A DNA stretch of 45,947 bases from an uncultured Bacilli bacterium (lineage in GTDB: Bacteria; Bacillota_I; Bacilli_A; RF39; UBA660), in contig CALVIZ010000004.1 in assembly GCA_944331865.1 (NCBI GenBank), forward strand, positions 1 to 45,947, in the 5' to 3' direction. The notes under the pieces were generated by a model. That model had not been told where the DNA came from and searched no databases. It worked only from the letters and a program-made list of their open reading frames with translations. Positions 9,837 to 20,476 of this stretch are shown here, piece after piece. Made by a program: the position numbers and the translations under genes. Numbering within the stretch: the first letter of the stretch is position 1; the number at the start of each line of letters is the position of its first letter.

Positions 9837-11190
9837 AATTTTCTGTAATTCTAATCTGCAGTGTATTGGATACTACATAATTAACTAGTGGGTTTTTATT
9901 ATCTATTTTTACTTCTACTTCGTAGTCTCCTACACCTAATCCTGCTAGATCAATATATGCTTGTATATCTTCGGCTTCAATATCTTCTATAACTGATGCT
10001 ACCCCTTTTACTTGAACGCTTATTTCTTGACCAGATATTGGATTTGCTGTTAGACCAGATGCTATATTCTTTTGCGTAAAGTTACTTTTCAAAACTATCG
10101 TCTTTTGTTCTTCTTCACCAAATGTCGTGGTTATTTCTACACTGTCTACACTCATGTCTCTTACTCCATTTGGTTTTTTAATATTTACTTTGTATGTTTT
10201 AGTGCTTTCATTGCCCATATCACTAACATCTATAGTTACTGGTATACTTTCAATACTTTCTATTTCATCTTCATCACCATAGATGGTAATTGAATATGAT
10301 GTATTATTGTTAATTAATATCGAAGCTATTGCTTTGCCTGTAACTAATTTACCAGTTGTTTGAACTGCAAGTGGTACTGTTTTAGAATAGCTATCTAGTA
10401 CTACTGTTGCGCTTATTGTTTTTGGTACTATTTCTACATTATCTAGTTTTGCACCACTAGAATCATATGCTACTAATTCAACATTATCTATATCATATGT
10501 TCCTGCTTCAGTAAATTCTTGCTTTTCTAAGTCAATTAATGCCTTGACTGATGCTATTGCTTCAAGTGCATCACTGCCACCTTTTACTACTACTTCAGAT
10601 TGATCTAGCGTTACTGATTCAACGCTTAGTTTGCTATCTAATGCATCTATATTTAATAAATCATAATCTATTGATTTTACTAAACTTTCTTTGTTTTTTA
10701 TAGTTACTTGAACATATTCAGGAGATAATCTATAACTTAAAGAATCTATTGATTTTGAATATGTAAAATATACTTTGTATGGTGTATCTCCAGGTTTATA
10801 ATCTGATAAATCTAAAATTACTTCATACTCCCCTAATTGTTTGGCTAAGTATATGTCACTCTTTCTTCCAGTTAAAGTTATATCTACTGTTTCAGGAACA
10901 CCTTCAACTACATAAGCTTCTTCGTTATAATTAACTACCACCGGAACATTTGTTATTACTTCAGCTTCTGTCTCTACTAGGGTTATTACTTTGGAATCAA
11001 TTAGTAAAAATAAACCAACCGCTATAATCAATGATAAATATATTAAAAAATTAGGTCTGTTTAAAATTTTATCTAACTTTCCTTGATTTTTTTTATACTT
11101 TTTTGATAAATAGTATACTGCTCTACTTATTGGCACAACTATATATTTATCGATAAATCTATATATTTTTTTAAAAAAACGGGTTATCAT
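9835..11190 (-). CDS. cdaR: CdaR/YbbR-repeat diadenylate cyclase regulator
   Basis: One TM helix followed by repeated V-x-V-x-G/A-x-ID-L YbbR units. It overlaps the cdaA stop (ATGA). Confidence 0.88.
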   Translation of the reverse strand: MITRFFKKIYRFIDKYIVVPISRAVYYLSKKYKKNQGKLDKILNRPNFLIYLSLIIAVGLFLLIDSKVITLVETEAEVITNVPVVVNYNEEAYVVEGVPETVDITLTGRKSDIYLAKQLGEYEVILDLSDYKPGDTPYKVYFTYSKSIDSLSYRLSPEYVQVTIKNKESLVKSIDYDLLNIDALDSKLSVESVTLDQSEVVVKGGSDALEAIASVKALIDLEKQEFTEAGTYDIDNVELVAYDSSGAKLDNVEIVPKTISATVVLDSYSKTVPLAVQTTGKLVTGKAIASILINNNTSYSITIYGDEDEIESIESIPVTIDVSDMGNESTKTYKVNIKKPNGVRDMSVDSVEITTTFGEEEQKTIVLKSNFTQKNIASGLTANPISGQEISVQVKGVASVIEDIEAEDIQAYIDLAGLGVGDYEVEVKIDNKNPLVNYVVSNTLQIRITEN

Positions 11191-11999
11191 TCGTCTTCAC
11201 CTTCACTTTCATCAGCTTCAAAGAAGACTTCCATCTTTGGTTTTAATTCATCTATTAACATCATTCTGAATTGATCTAATTCTAAATTGTAATGTAAGTT
11301 GCTATCAACTGCAATGCTTAAACGGCCAGTTTCTTCAGATACTATTAATGCTATAGCATCACTTTCTTCAGCAATTCCTAATGCTGCTCTATGTCTTGTT
11401 CCTAATCTTTTTGATAAATTAGGATTCATACTGGTTTTAAATACTGCTCCAGCACAAGTTATTCTATCTCCTTGAATTATTACCCCCCCATCGTGTAATG
11501 GTGAATTTGGGAAAAAAATGGTTTCTAATAAAGAATCCGTTAAATCTGCATATACTTTTGTTGAATTTTTTATATATTCTTCTAAAGATATTTCCCTTTC
11601 AATTACTATTAATGCCCCAATACGATTCTTACGTAAATATTCTATTGCACGCATTATTTCATATACTACTTTTTCTCTTTCATCTACTGTAAGTATTTTA
11701 TGCCTTCCTAATAATTGCGTTCTACCTAAAGATTCTAATACACTTCTTATTTCAGGTTGAAATATTACTATTATTGCTAATGGTCCCCATTGAATTGCAT
11801 ATTCTAGTATTACTCCAACTGTATATAAATTTAACCAATTACTCAATACCTTTGCTAAAAGTATTATTATTACTCCTTTAACTATTAATACCATTTTTAT
11901 GTTGTTTTTAACATTTTTAAGTATATAATAAAATGCTATCCATACAAAACATATATCTAATATTTTGGTAAAAATATCCCAAATAATAGTTAAATTCAT
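11187..11999 (-). CDS. cdaA: Diadenylate cyclase CdaA
   Basis: Three TM helices, FQPEIR, PLHDGG, GTRHRAA and VSEETG. Confidence 0.96.
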   Translation of the reverse strand: MNLTIIWDIFTKILDICFVWIAFYYILKNVKNNIKMVLIVKGVIIILLAKVLSNWLNLYTVGVILEYAIQWGPLAIIVIFQPEIRSVLESLGRTQLLGRHKILTVDEREKVVYEIMRAIEYLRKNRIGALIVIEREISLEEYIKNSTKVYADLTDSLLETIFFPNSPLHDGGVIIQGDRITCAGAVFKTSMNPNLSKRLGTRHRAALGIAEESDAIALIVSEETGRLSIAVDSNLHYNLELDQFRMMLIDELKPKMEVFFEADESEGEDE

Positions 12000-12133
12000 T
12001 TAAACACCATCCTTGTGACTAATTTATTATATCAAATTTTTTTAAAAATAAAAAGATATATCTTTTAAAATAAGAATACTATAAATAAAAAAATAGTTAT
12101 TCAAAATATAAAATAACTATTTTAATTTACATA

Positions 12134-12930
12134 CTAATTGTTTATTTTTTTGGCAAGTTCTCTAATCATTTGCTTTTCTTCTGATTGATTATACCAACTG
12201 CTACATAATTCTGATACTCCAGAAAACATAAAATCATCTTTGCCAAATGATAATAATTCATTTATATCTTCTTCTAATTCATATAGATATGCTTTCATAT
12301 CTTGAAAAATTTTTCTTTTAGTAATTTTTTTTCTTAATAATGGAACTAAATATAATCCATTTTGTTTTTTTAATTCTATGTAACTTCCCGTAGAATAACA
12401 ATTAAATCCTAAATCCACCGTTGGTAAAGTTTCTAATTCTTCGCTATATGATAATTCATTAAGTATCCGATTGGTATTTCTTTTTACTAAAACTATTTTT
12501 TTGTTTTCTATTAATCTTTTAATTTCTTCCTTGGTTAATCTTAAATCACTTTCTATTTCAGCGTCATCTTAAACTGCTGCTATGTATGTAATTTGATATA
12601 ATTGATTCCACCATTCAAATCCTTTACCATGACCTTCTCTTGCTATATCATTAAATGTCATATATGTGTATATGTTTATAAATAGATTATAATTTTGATG
12701 ATTGACTTCTGAAATAATTTTTAAATAATCATATTCATCAAAGTCAAAGTTATATAATTTGGAAATTAAATTATAAAAATCTTCATCAGACATGTTTTTT
12801 AAATCTCCGTTTATAAGATTTTCTAAAATACCTAAAATGTATTTTATTTTGAAATATTTTTAATATTTCTGTTTCATCCATTCTTCCTGTGAATGTATAA
12901 ACTGTATTATATAAATCTATTTTTTCTAAT
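12134..12930 (-). pseudogene. Degraded hypothetical gene (fragments 12134-12418, 12569-12793 and upstream)
   Basis: Protein-like reading continues across in-frame stops (WMKQKY*KYFK; AAV*DDAEIESD) and an apparent frameshift near 12480. The 5' limit is uncertain. Confidence 0.6.
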
Positions 12931-12982
12931 TCTAAATCAATTGGTCTTGAACCTATATTACAACCGCCTGGAAAATAATAAT

Positions 12983-13222
12983 TTATTTGTTAACATTTTT
13001 ATTTATTATTTCATTAATTGACATGTTATCTGCAATATTATTAGCAATATTAGTATTATTAATTTCATTGTTTATGTTTAAGTTATCAGAATTATCTGTC
13101 CTTATCTTAAAGATATCTTTCTTTTTATTATGTTCATTTACAAAATATCCTATTAGTGAAAATATTAAAAATATACTTATTATTATAAATATTATATAAT
13201 GTTCACCTAAAAATTCTTGCAT
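12983..13222 (-). CDS. Small membrane protein, unknown function
   Basis: N-terminal TM helix (FSLIGYF) and Asn-rich tail. AAGGTG RBS. Confidence 0.7.
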   Translation of the reverse strand: MQEFLGEHYIIFIIISIFLIFSLIGYFVNEHNKKKDIFKIRTDNSDNLNINNEINNTNIANNIADNMSINEIINKNVNK

Positions 13223-13233
13223 ATTTCACCTTC

Positions 13234-14304
13234 TTATTCTATTACTAATTTTTGTCCTTTTGGTTGTATTTGAATGAATGTATTTCCATCATTCACTATT
13301 AATTCTTCCCCATTTTCAAAATAATATTTTGTTTGTGATGCTCTACTATCTTTTTCCCATTTTATTGGAACTGCATAACCATTACTTATAAAATATCCTG
13401 TTCCAGAACCAATGTTTTCTAATTCTTGACGACCTTTGTTTTCTCCATCATTAATTGTGTAATTGCCTACTTGATAAGTTATGATGTTTTTAAAAGTGTA
13501 TTGTTCTTTTGTTACATAATCTGTATGAGCTTTATCGTTTACAAATCTTTTATATACTTGATTTTCACTATCATATTCATAACTGCTTGTTGTTGAACTT
13601 GAATACTTTATAGATACGCTTTGGGCGCTTTGAGCATTTTCCATCTTGCTTAAATCTAATTCATCTATACTGTAATTTAATAATAAATCGTTATTTCTAG
13701 TTGTTCTAATTTTGCCTAAACCACTATTTAGTTTTTCAATGCTTGTAAACAAACGATGTTCTGTTGCTACTTTAAGTGAATTGTCTCGCCATCCAGTTTT
13801 TGTGTTGTCTACTACTACTCGATCAACTCCTAATTTGCTAAAATCACTTTGAGCTTGAGGACTTTGTCCATGATGAACATATATTGCATCATTTTCTAAA
13901 GCATAATCTAAATAATAATGTCTTGCACTTCTTATTGAACCAATTCTTTCTGTGTTTTGGTCTAAAAATAATGCCATGTATCTAGTTATACCACCTTCAA
14001 CTATTATTTCATAAATAATATAGGCATCTTGTAATCCACTTTGTAGTGGTCTTGCTGTACTTATGTTGTTAATCATTACCGCATATGGCCTTGATGTAGT
14101 ATTTTCATCTACTATTTGTAATTTTTTTTCTGGTTCTTCTTCTTTGTTTTCATTATTAGAGTTGTTAATGTTTATTTCAGTGTCATTTTCTTTAAATACT
14201 CCACTTTTCCAACCTATTAATGCTCCAACTGCTACAAAAAGTATTACTCCTAGTGCTATAAATATTACCTTTTTATTCTTCCCTGATTTCTTTCTTGCTT
14301 TCAT
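13234..14304 (-). CDS. DUF3048 (YerB-like) protein
   Basis: RPYAVMINN, QSGLQDA, VEGGITR and IGSIRSAR. Confidence 0.93.
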   Translation of the reverse strand: MKARKKSGKNKKVIFIALGVILFVAVGALIGWKSGVFKENDTEININNSNNENKEEEPEKKLQIVDENTTSRPYAVMINNISTARPLQSGLQDAYIIYEIIVEGGITRYMALFLDQNTERIGSIRSARHYYLDYALENDAIYVHHGQSPQAQSDFSKLGVDRVVVDNTKTGWRDNSLKVATEHRLFTSIEKLNSGLGKIRTTRNNDLLLNYSIDELDLSKMENAQSAQSVSIKYSSSTTSSYEYDSENQVYKRFVNDKAHTDYVTKEQYTFKNIITYQVGNYTINDGENKGRQELENIGSGTGYFISNGYAVPIKWEKDSRASQTKYYFENGEELIVNDGNTFIQIQPKGQKLVIE

Positions 14305-14309
14305 TTTTA

Positions 14310-14729
14310 CTACCTTCCTTCTCTTTCCAAATCTCTTTTCTTTATTGTCTCCCTTTTGTCGTATAATTTTTTACCTTTTGCAAGTCCTATTAATACCTTT
14401 GCTTTTCCTTCTTTTATGTATACTCTTAATGGTATTAAAGAATATCCTTCGGTTTTTACTTCTTCTAATAATTTTTTTATTTCTTTTTTATGAAGTAATA
14501 GTTTTCTTTCTCTTGTCTCTTCATGATTGAATATACTTCCTTCATTGTATTTTTCTATGTACATATTAATTATAAATGCTTCATTATTTTTAATTCTTAT
14601 ATAACTATCTGTTATATTACAAGATCCCTTTTTTATCGATTTTATTTCTGTTCCAAGCAGTACTATTCCCGCTTCAAGTTCTCTAATTATAAAATAATTA
14701 AAATATGCTTTCTTATTTTTTATCTCCAT
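14310..14729 (-). CDS. smpB: SsrA-binding protein SmpB
   Basis: NKKAYFNY, EAGIVLLGTEIKS, RKLLLHKKEI and GKKLYDKR. Confidence 0.97.
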   Translation of the reverse strand: MEIKNKKAYFNYFIIRELEAGIVLLGTEIKSIKKGSCNITDSYIRIKNNEAFIINMYIEKYNEGSIFNHEETRERKLLLHKKEIKKLLEEVKTEGYSLIPLRVYIKEGKAKVLIGLAKGKKLYDKRETIKKRDLEREGR

Positions 14730-16815
14730 TATTATCCCCCACTATCTCAAAATCTATTGCACTATTTTCTTTGCTCGCATTTATAACTTTTACTTTAACT
14801 GTATCCCCTATACGATATCTTTTATTTTCACTTATTAACGATAGTAATTCTGGAATGTATTCATAATATCCATCTAAAGTCGATATATGTACTAAACCTT
14901 CTATTAAATTGTCTAGTTGAATAAATAAGCCAAAATTAGTAACTCCACTAATTATTCCTATGTATTCTTCCCCAACATGACTTTCCATATATTCAGCCAT
15001 TTTCATTGCTAATACATCACGTTCTGCTTCAGCAGCTTCTACTTCGCGTTCACTTGAATTTTCAGCTACATCTACTAAATATTTTTGATTATAATTGATT
15101 GTTTCCATATCTAATCTTTTTTCAAATAAATATGTTCTTAATAATCGATGTACCGTTAAATCAGGAAATCTTCGTATAGGACTTGTAAAATGAGTATAAT
15201 TTGTTGATGCTAAACCAAAGTGCCCTATGTTATTAGGACTATATATCGCTTTTTTCATGCTTCTTAATAACATATCTGATAATATACTAAATTCTTTTTT
15301 GTCTTTTAATTCTTTTAATATACTTTGCATCGTTAAAGGTGTTATTTTATTTAAGTTGGTTTGTAATTGATAACCCATTTGCTTAATTAAATTTTTAAAG
15401 TCTTCTATTTTTTCAGTGTTTGGTATATCATGTACTCGATAGATAAATGGTAAATCCATGTTTGCTATGTGAGTTGCTATTGTTTCATTTGCTGCAATCA
15501 TAAAATCTTCAATTAAATTTTCACCAATTCCTCGATCTCTTTTAACTACATCTATTGCTTTGCCATTTTCGTCTTGAATAATTTTAGCTTCATCTAACCC
15601 AAAATCTATATATCCCCGTGACTCTTTTTCTGCTCTCAATATGCTTGCTAATTCTTGCATTAATTTTAAGTTTTCAGCATATTTTTCATAGCCTTCTGGG
15701 ATAATATTTTCTTCTAATATTTTATTGACATTTTTATAAGTCATTTGTTTTTTTGATTTTATTATTGAAGGAAAAATACTATAATCTATTACTTTGCCAC
15801 TAGGATTAATTGTCATTACACAACTTATTGTTAGTCTTTCAACATCTGGATTTAATGAACAAATTCCGTTGGATAATTGATGAGGTATCATAGGTATTAC
15901 TGTGTCTGCTAAATAACTTGATGTTCCCCGAAGATAAGCAGCATCGTATAATGCTGTGCCCATTAAAACATAATGCGATACATCTGCTATATGTACCCCT
16001 AAAATATAGTTTTCATTGTTTCTTTCTACACTTATGGCATCATCGATATCTTTTGTATCATCACCATCAATTGTAAATATTAATTCGTTTGTTAAATCTT
16101 TTCTCCCAATTTTTTCTTCTTCTAATACTTTATTTGGTATGGTTTTAAGTTCATTTATAACTGCTTCATTAAATTTTGTTTCTATTCCATGCCTTAAAGC
16201 AATAGATATTATATCTACTCCTGGATCATTTTTATGACCTATTATTTTTACTACTTCTCCTAAATATTCTTTTTTTCCTAACCCTCTTATTACTTTTACT
16301 AATACTTTGTGTCCTTCAACTAATTGTCTAGAACTTTCTTTTGTTAATTTTATTATTAAATCTAATTTTTCATCATCTGCTTTAAATATTAGTTTGTTTT
16401 TAACTTTTATTATTTCTCCAACAAGATTATCTAAATTTCTCTTTAAAACTTTAATAACAAAGGCATTTTCATTTCCTTTGTATGTAGAAAAATCTATTTC
16501 AACAAAATCATTATTTATCGCTCCGTTTAAATGCTCACTTTTTATAAATACATCTGGTCCATCGCTTATATTAACAAATCCATTTCCACTACGATTTACC
16601 CTTAAAGTTCCACATTTTAAAGATTTGGTATTTTGCATTAATATATAATCTCTTTTTTTTGATTTATGCAAAATACCATCTATTGTCATTTTATCTAATA
16701 CTTCTTGTAATTTATTTATATCTTCTAAAGATTTGTAATTAAGTTTTTTGTTTATCTCATCTATAGTTTGCCCTTTAAATTCGTTTTTTAATATTTCTAT
16801 TATTTGTTCTTCCAT
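14713..16815 (-). CDS. rnr: Ribonuclease R
   Basis: TIDGDDTKDIDDA, HFTSPIRRFPDL, C-terminal S1 domain, and adjacent to smpB. Confidence 0.96.
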   Translation of the reverse strand: MEEQIIEILKNEFKGQTIDEINKKLNYKSLEDINKLQEVLDKMTIDGILHKSKKRDYILMQNTKSLKCGTLRVNRSGNGFVNISDGPDVFIKSEHLNGAINNDFVEIDFSTYKGNENAFVIKVLKRNLDNLVGEIIKVKNKLIFKADDEKLDLIIKLTKESSRQLVEGHKVLVKVIRGLGKKEYLGEVVKIIGHKNDPGVDIISIALRHGIETKFNEAVINELKTIPNKVLEEEKIGRKDLTNELIFTIDGDDTKDIDDAISVERNNENYILGVHIADVSHYVLMGTALYDAAYLRGTSSYLADTVIPMIPHQLSNGICSLNPDVERLTISCVMTINPSGKVIDYSIFPSIIKSKKQMTYKNVNKILEENIIPEGYEKYAENLKLMQELASILRAEKESRGYIDFGLDEAKIIQDENGKAIDVVKRDRGIGENLIEDFMIAANETIATHIANMDLPFIYRVHDIPNTEKIEDFKNLIKQMGYQLQTNLNKITPLTMQSILKELKDKKEFSILSDMLLRSMKKAIYSPNNIGHFGLASTNYTHFTSPIRRFPDLTVHRLLRTYLFEKRLDMETINYNQKYLVDVAENSSEREVEAAEAERDVLAMKMAEYMESHVGEEYIGIISGVTNFGLFIQLDNLIEGLVHISTLDGYYEYIPELLSLISENKRYRIGDTVKVKVINASKENSAIDFEIVGDNNGDKK

Positions 16816-16818
16816 AAC

Positions 16819-17184
16819 CTAACCTTCTTTAAATGTGCAAATTTTTTCATCTCCATCAAAACTTATCAATACATAGCTATTGGTATCTTCACTTACTTTT
16901 TTATGTGTTTTAGGATTTTCTAAATCATTATCTATATATTCCCAACTAATTAGAGTTTCAAATTTTACTCGACATAAATTGCTGTATGCGTTGCATAAGT
17001 ATTGATTTATATTTTGTTCTTCGGCATATTTACATGTAGCTTCTTCAATTTCTTGATGAAATTCTTCAATTTCTTTTTCTTTTAAACTACCAAAAATAAT
17101 AACAATTACTAGTATTAATAATGTTATTATAAATAACCCAGATATTATAATTAATATAGTCTTTTTATTCTTCATCTTTATCAC
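16819..17184 (-). CDS. Pilin-like membrane-anchored hypothetical protein
   Basis: N-terminal TM helix. It shares IE-A-C-Y, L-(N/D)P-T and KICT motifs with the adjacent prepilin. Confidence 0.6.
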   Translation of the reverse strand: MIKMKNKKTILIIISGLFIITLLILVIVIIFGSLKEKEIEEFHQEIEEATCKYAEEQNINQYLCNAYSNLCRVKFETLISWEYIDNDLENPKTHKKVSEDTNSYVLISFDGDEKICTFKEG

Positions 17185-17225
17185 ACCTTAAGTATAACAT
17201 ATTTAATTTATATTTTAAATATTTT

Positions 17226-17573
17226 TTAATTTAATCCAGGAAAATCATATGTGCAAATTTTTTCATTGTCTACTATATCTATTTTTACTTTAGAATTAAT
17301 ATCTAAACTTTCTTTGGTTAAAGGATCAGTTAAATCCTCATCTAGCAAACCTTCTGTAATTAAAAGTTTTAAAGTTACTTCACTTATATTTTCATCAATA
17401 GTTTCAACATATACACATGCTGCATTTTCGATTTTATTTTTCAATGTTTTGGCATCTTTTTCTTTTTGGTTATATAGTATATTACTAACACTTACCCCAA
17501 CAGTTACTGATATTATTGCTAAAAGAGTTATCGTAACTATTAATTCAATTAATGTAAATCCTTTATCTTTCAT
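17226..17573 (-). CDS. Type IV prepilin-like protein (ComGC-like)
   Basis: KG|FTLIEL class III signal peptide followed by a hydrophobic helix. Confidence 0.9.
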   Translation of the reverse strand: MKDKGFTLIELIVTITLLAIISVTVGVSVSNILYNQKEKDAKTLKNKIENAACVYVETIDENISEVTLKLLITEGLLDEDLTDPLTKESLDINSKVKIDIVDNEKICTYDFPGLN

Positions 17574-17658
17574 ATTATCACTACTTTATTGTAACATAAC
17601 TTTCTTATTTTGAACATATTTTCTTCACTAAAATAGGTTATTATTTTATTGAAGTGAG

Positions 17659-17910
17659 GTGATGTATTTGAATATTAAGATTATTGGTTATAATTGTAGT
17701 AATGGAATAAAGCTTAAAAAAACTTTGCTTAAAGCTATTAAGGACTTTGATGAAACAATCGAAGTTGAACTCAACGATGACCAAGAATCAGTAAAAAAGT
17801 ATAATATTAAAAATATTCCAGCATTAATTATTAATAATAATAAATGTATTGAAGGTAAAGTGCCTAGCGAAAGAGATATATTAAAATATATTAAGTCATA
17901 CACAAATTAA
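17659..17910 (+). CDS. Small thioredoxin-fold protein (MTH895-like) with an incomplete CxxC
   Basis: IKIIGYNCSNG, KYNIKNIPALIINN and EGKVP. The start may be TTG 17668. Confidence 0.75.
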   Translation: MMYLNIKIIGYNCSNGIKLKKTLLKAIKDFDETIEVELNDDQESVKKYNIKNIPALIINNNKCIEGKVPSERDILKYIKSYTN

Positions 17911-17913
17911 AAG

Positions 17914-18564
17914 CTACCAATTGGTAGTTTTTAATTGAAAACATTTATTTAGTTCTTCTTGTAAATTATTTACAACTTCTCCATTATATAGATAAATATA
18001 ATAACCATTAGTCACTATGCCACTATAATTTTTATATTCTTTAGAAAAATATTGTTCTAATGGATTATCTATGAAATTATCACTTTTAATAATGATATAC
18101 ATATAATTATTTGCTTTGTAAACCTTAGAATACTCAATGTCATAATTACTTGTATCTATTAAATTGCTTATTAATTCTTCTTTTAGCAAAGTATTTTCGT
18201 TGCTTATATAAGCTCCTAGTATATTATTTAAACATTTTGTTACATTTTCTAATTTTTGTTCTTCATAATCATTTTTATCTTTATAATTTTTAACACTAAC
18301 AAATACCACATTCTTTGAATCAATTACATTTTCTTTGAATTTATTTTGGGCATCTAATGTATTTTCTTCTAGCCCTACAACTACTTTTTTATTGCTTAAA
18401 TCTATATATGTAAAAACAAAATTTTCATCTGTTTCATTTTCTAAATAATATTCATTTATCTTATTATAATCTTTTTCTAAGTCTTTTTCAGTAATTTCTG
18501 CTTTTTCACAACCAGAACACCAAAAAATCATTAATATCAGTATAAGTATTTTATAAAAATGCAT
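17914..18564 (-). CDS. Hypothetical lipoprotein
   Basis: Lipobox-like CSGC after a hydrophobic stretch. Confidence 0.7.
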   Translation of the reverse strand: MHFYKILILILMIFWCSGCEKAEITEKDLEKDYNKINEYYLENETDENFVFTYIDLSNKKVVVGLEENTLDAQNKFKENVIDSKNVVFVSVKNYKDKNDYEEQKLENVTKCLNNILGAYISNENTLLKEELISNLIDTSNYDIEYSKVYKANNYMYIIIKSDNFIDNPLEQYFSKEYKNYSGIVTNGYYIYLYNGEVVNNLQEELNKCFQLKTTNW

Positions 18565-18645
18565 TTTGTATCACCCATTTAAATTATACTTTTTTTTTGC
18601 TATGTGTAAAGGTTTATGGTATTATTTATTTAGGAGGTTTACAAA

Positions 18646-18873
18646 ATGGAGTTTAAAGAATTGCCTGATTATGAAGAAATAGATATTGAAAGTGATTCTG
18701 TTAATTTTGGGAAAATTGATAGATATGCCCTATATTCAGATAGAGAAGAAACCTGTTATAGAGGTAAAAGTCCTGATGTTTTAAAAAGAACTAGGAAAGC
18801 CCAACAAACAATGTTTAAAATGGACTATGCTAGTAATAAACCAAAAGCAATACCTAGAAATAAATTTCGTTAA
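18646..18873 (+). CDS. Hypothetical 75-aa protein
   Basis: AGGAGG RBS and a terminator directly downstream. Confidence 0.7.
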   Translation: MEFKELPDYEEIDIESDSVNFGKIDRYALYSDREETCYRGKSPDVLKRTRKAQQTMFKMDYASNKPKAIPRNKFR

Positions 18874-18900
18874 AAAAATAGCAATTATTGCTATTTTTTT
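18872..18900. terminator. Bidirectional terminator
   Basis: AAAAAAATAGCAAT-T-ATTGCTATTTTTTT between convergent genes. Confidence 0.8.
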
Positions 18901-20399
18901 TATGCTTCTATTAATAAAGATGCCGTTTCTGCCATGTCTTTTGGTACTGCTATGTCCATATAATCTAATATAGTTGGGGCAACATTTACTAATGCCCCTT
19001 CTTCTTTTAGTTTTATTTTATTATCACATATTATGAATGGCACTAAACTTGTTGTATGTGTTGTACATATACTACCATCTTCATTAAGCATTGTATCTGC
19101 ATTGCCATGATCAGCTAATAATATTATCTTGTAAAAGTTTTCTTCTGCTTTTTCAATTAATTTGCCTAAACATAAGTCAATTGCACTACAAGCTTTTACT
19201 GTAGCTTCCATATTGCCTGTGTGACCTACCATGTCAGGATTTGCATAATTGACTAATATAAAATCATAATCATTATTCATCGCATTTACTACTTTTCTAG
19301 TTACTTCAACACAACTCATTTCAGGTTTTAAATCATATGTGGCAACTGCTGGAGATGGAATGTGAAATTTATCACAGCCTTCAATTTTGCCATCGTAACC
19401 ACCATCAAAAAAATATGTTACATGTGGATATTTTTCTGATTCTGCTATTCTTGCTTGCGTAAAACCTAATTCACTTAAATATATTCCTAATGGCTTTTTT
19501 ACTTCAATTGGCTCAATTAAGTTATATGTTTTAATTTTTTTATCTACTGGTAGAAAACTAAATACCAGTAAATCATTCATTTCTTTTGCATCAAATTTAT
19601 CAAAACTTGAATAATTAACAAAAGCATTTAATATTTGTTTGGCTCTATCTGCTCGATAGTTCATCCATAATAATACATCGCCATTTTTAATTACATTGTT
19701 ACTAGCTATTATTGGCTTAATAAACTCATCTGTTATATTATTTTCATAACTATTATTAATACTTTTTTCTATATTGATAGAACTTATGCCTTTACCACTT
19801 GTTACTAAATCATAATAAATTTTCGTTCTATCCCAATTTTCATCACGATCCATCGCATAATATCTACCACAAATACTTACTATGTCTCCAATATGATATT
19901 TATCTATTAAATCTTGTATCATTTTTATGTACTTGAATGATACATTTACTTGTGTATCTCTTCCATCTGTTATTAAATGAAAATGAATTTTTTTAAAGCC
20001 ATTATTTACTAATAATTCGTACATTTTGATAAAATCATCTACACCAGCATGAATGTTACCATCACTACATAATCCCATTATGTGAACATCTTTATCTTTT
20101 TGTTCCATAAGTTTTATAACATTTTTATTTTCATAATCAACATTTATAAAAAAATCATCAACTAAAATTTCTGATTGTTTTAATAACCTACCTGCTCCAA
20201 TAGTCATGTGTCCCACTTCACTATTTCCAGCTTGACCATTTTTTAAACCAACTGCTTCTTCACTAGCTTGTAAAAAAGTGTGGGGATATTCTTTTAATAA
20301 GTTATTAAAATTGTTCATTTCAGCTTCTTTTATTGCATTACCTAATTCTTCATCTCTTATGCCAAAACCATCAAATATTATTGTCAATATTTTTTTCAT
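18900..20399 (-). CDS. gpmI: 2,3-BPG-independent phosphoglycerate mutase
   Basis: GNSEVGH, GRYYAMDRD, NPDMVGHTG and ADHGNA. Confidence 0.97.
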   Translation of the reverse strand: MKKILTIIFDGFGIRDEELGNAIKEAEMNNFNNLLKEYPHTFLQASEEAVGLKNGQAGNSEVGHMTIGAGRLLKQSEILVDDFFINVDYENKNVIKLMEQKDKDVHIMGLCSDGNIHAGVDDFIKMYELLVNNGFKKIHFHLITDGRDTQVNVSFKYIKMIQDLIDKYHIGDIVSICGRYYAMDRDENWDRTKIYYDLVTSGKGISSINIEKSINNSYENNITDEFIKPIIASNNVIKNGDVLLWMNYRADRAKQILNAFVNYSSFDKFDAKEMNDLLVFSFLPVDKKIKTYNLIEPIEVKKPLGIYLSELGFTQARIAESEKYPHVTYFFDGGYDGKIEGCDKFHIPSPAVATYDLKPEMSCVEVTRKVVNAMNNDYDFILVNYANPDMVGHTGNMEATVKACSAIDLCLGKLIEKAEENFYKIILLADHGNADTMLNEDGSICTTHTTSLVPFIICDNKIKLKEEGALVNVAPTILDYMDIAVPKDMAETASLLIEA

Positions 20400-20476
20400 A
20401 ACTCACCTTCACATTTATAATAACACAAAGACAAAAAAAAACAAAGATAAAAAAATAACATATAAAAAATTATATG

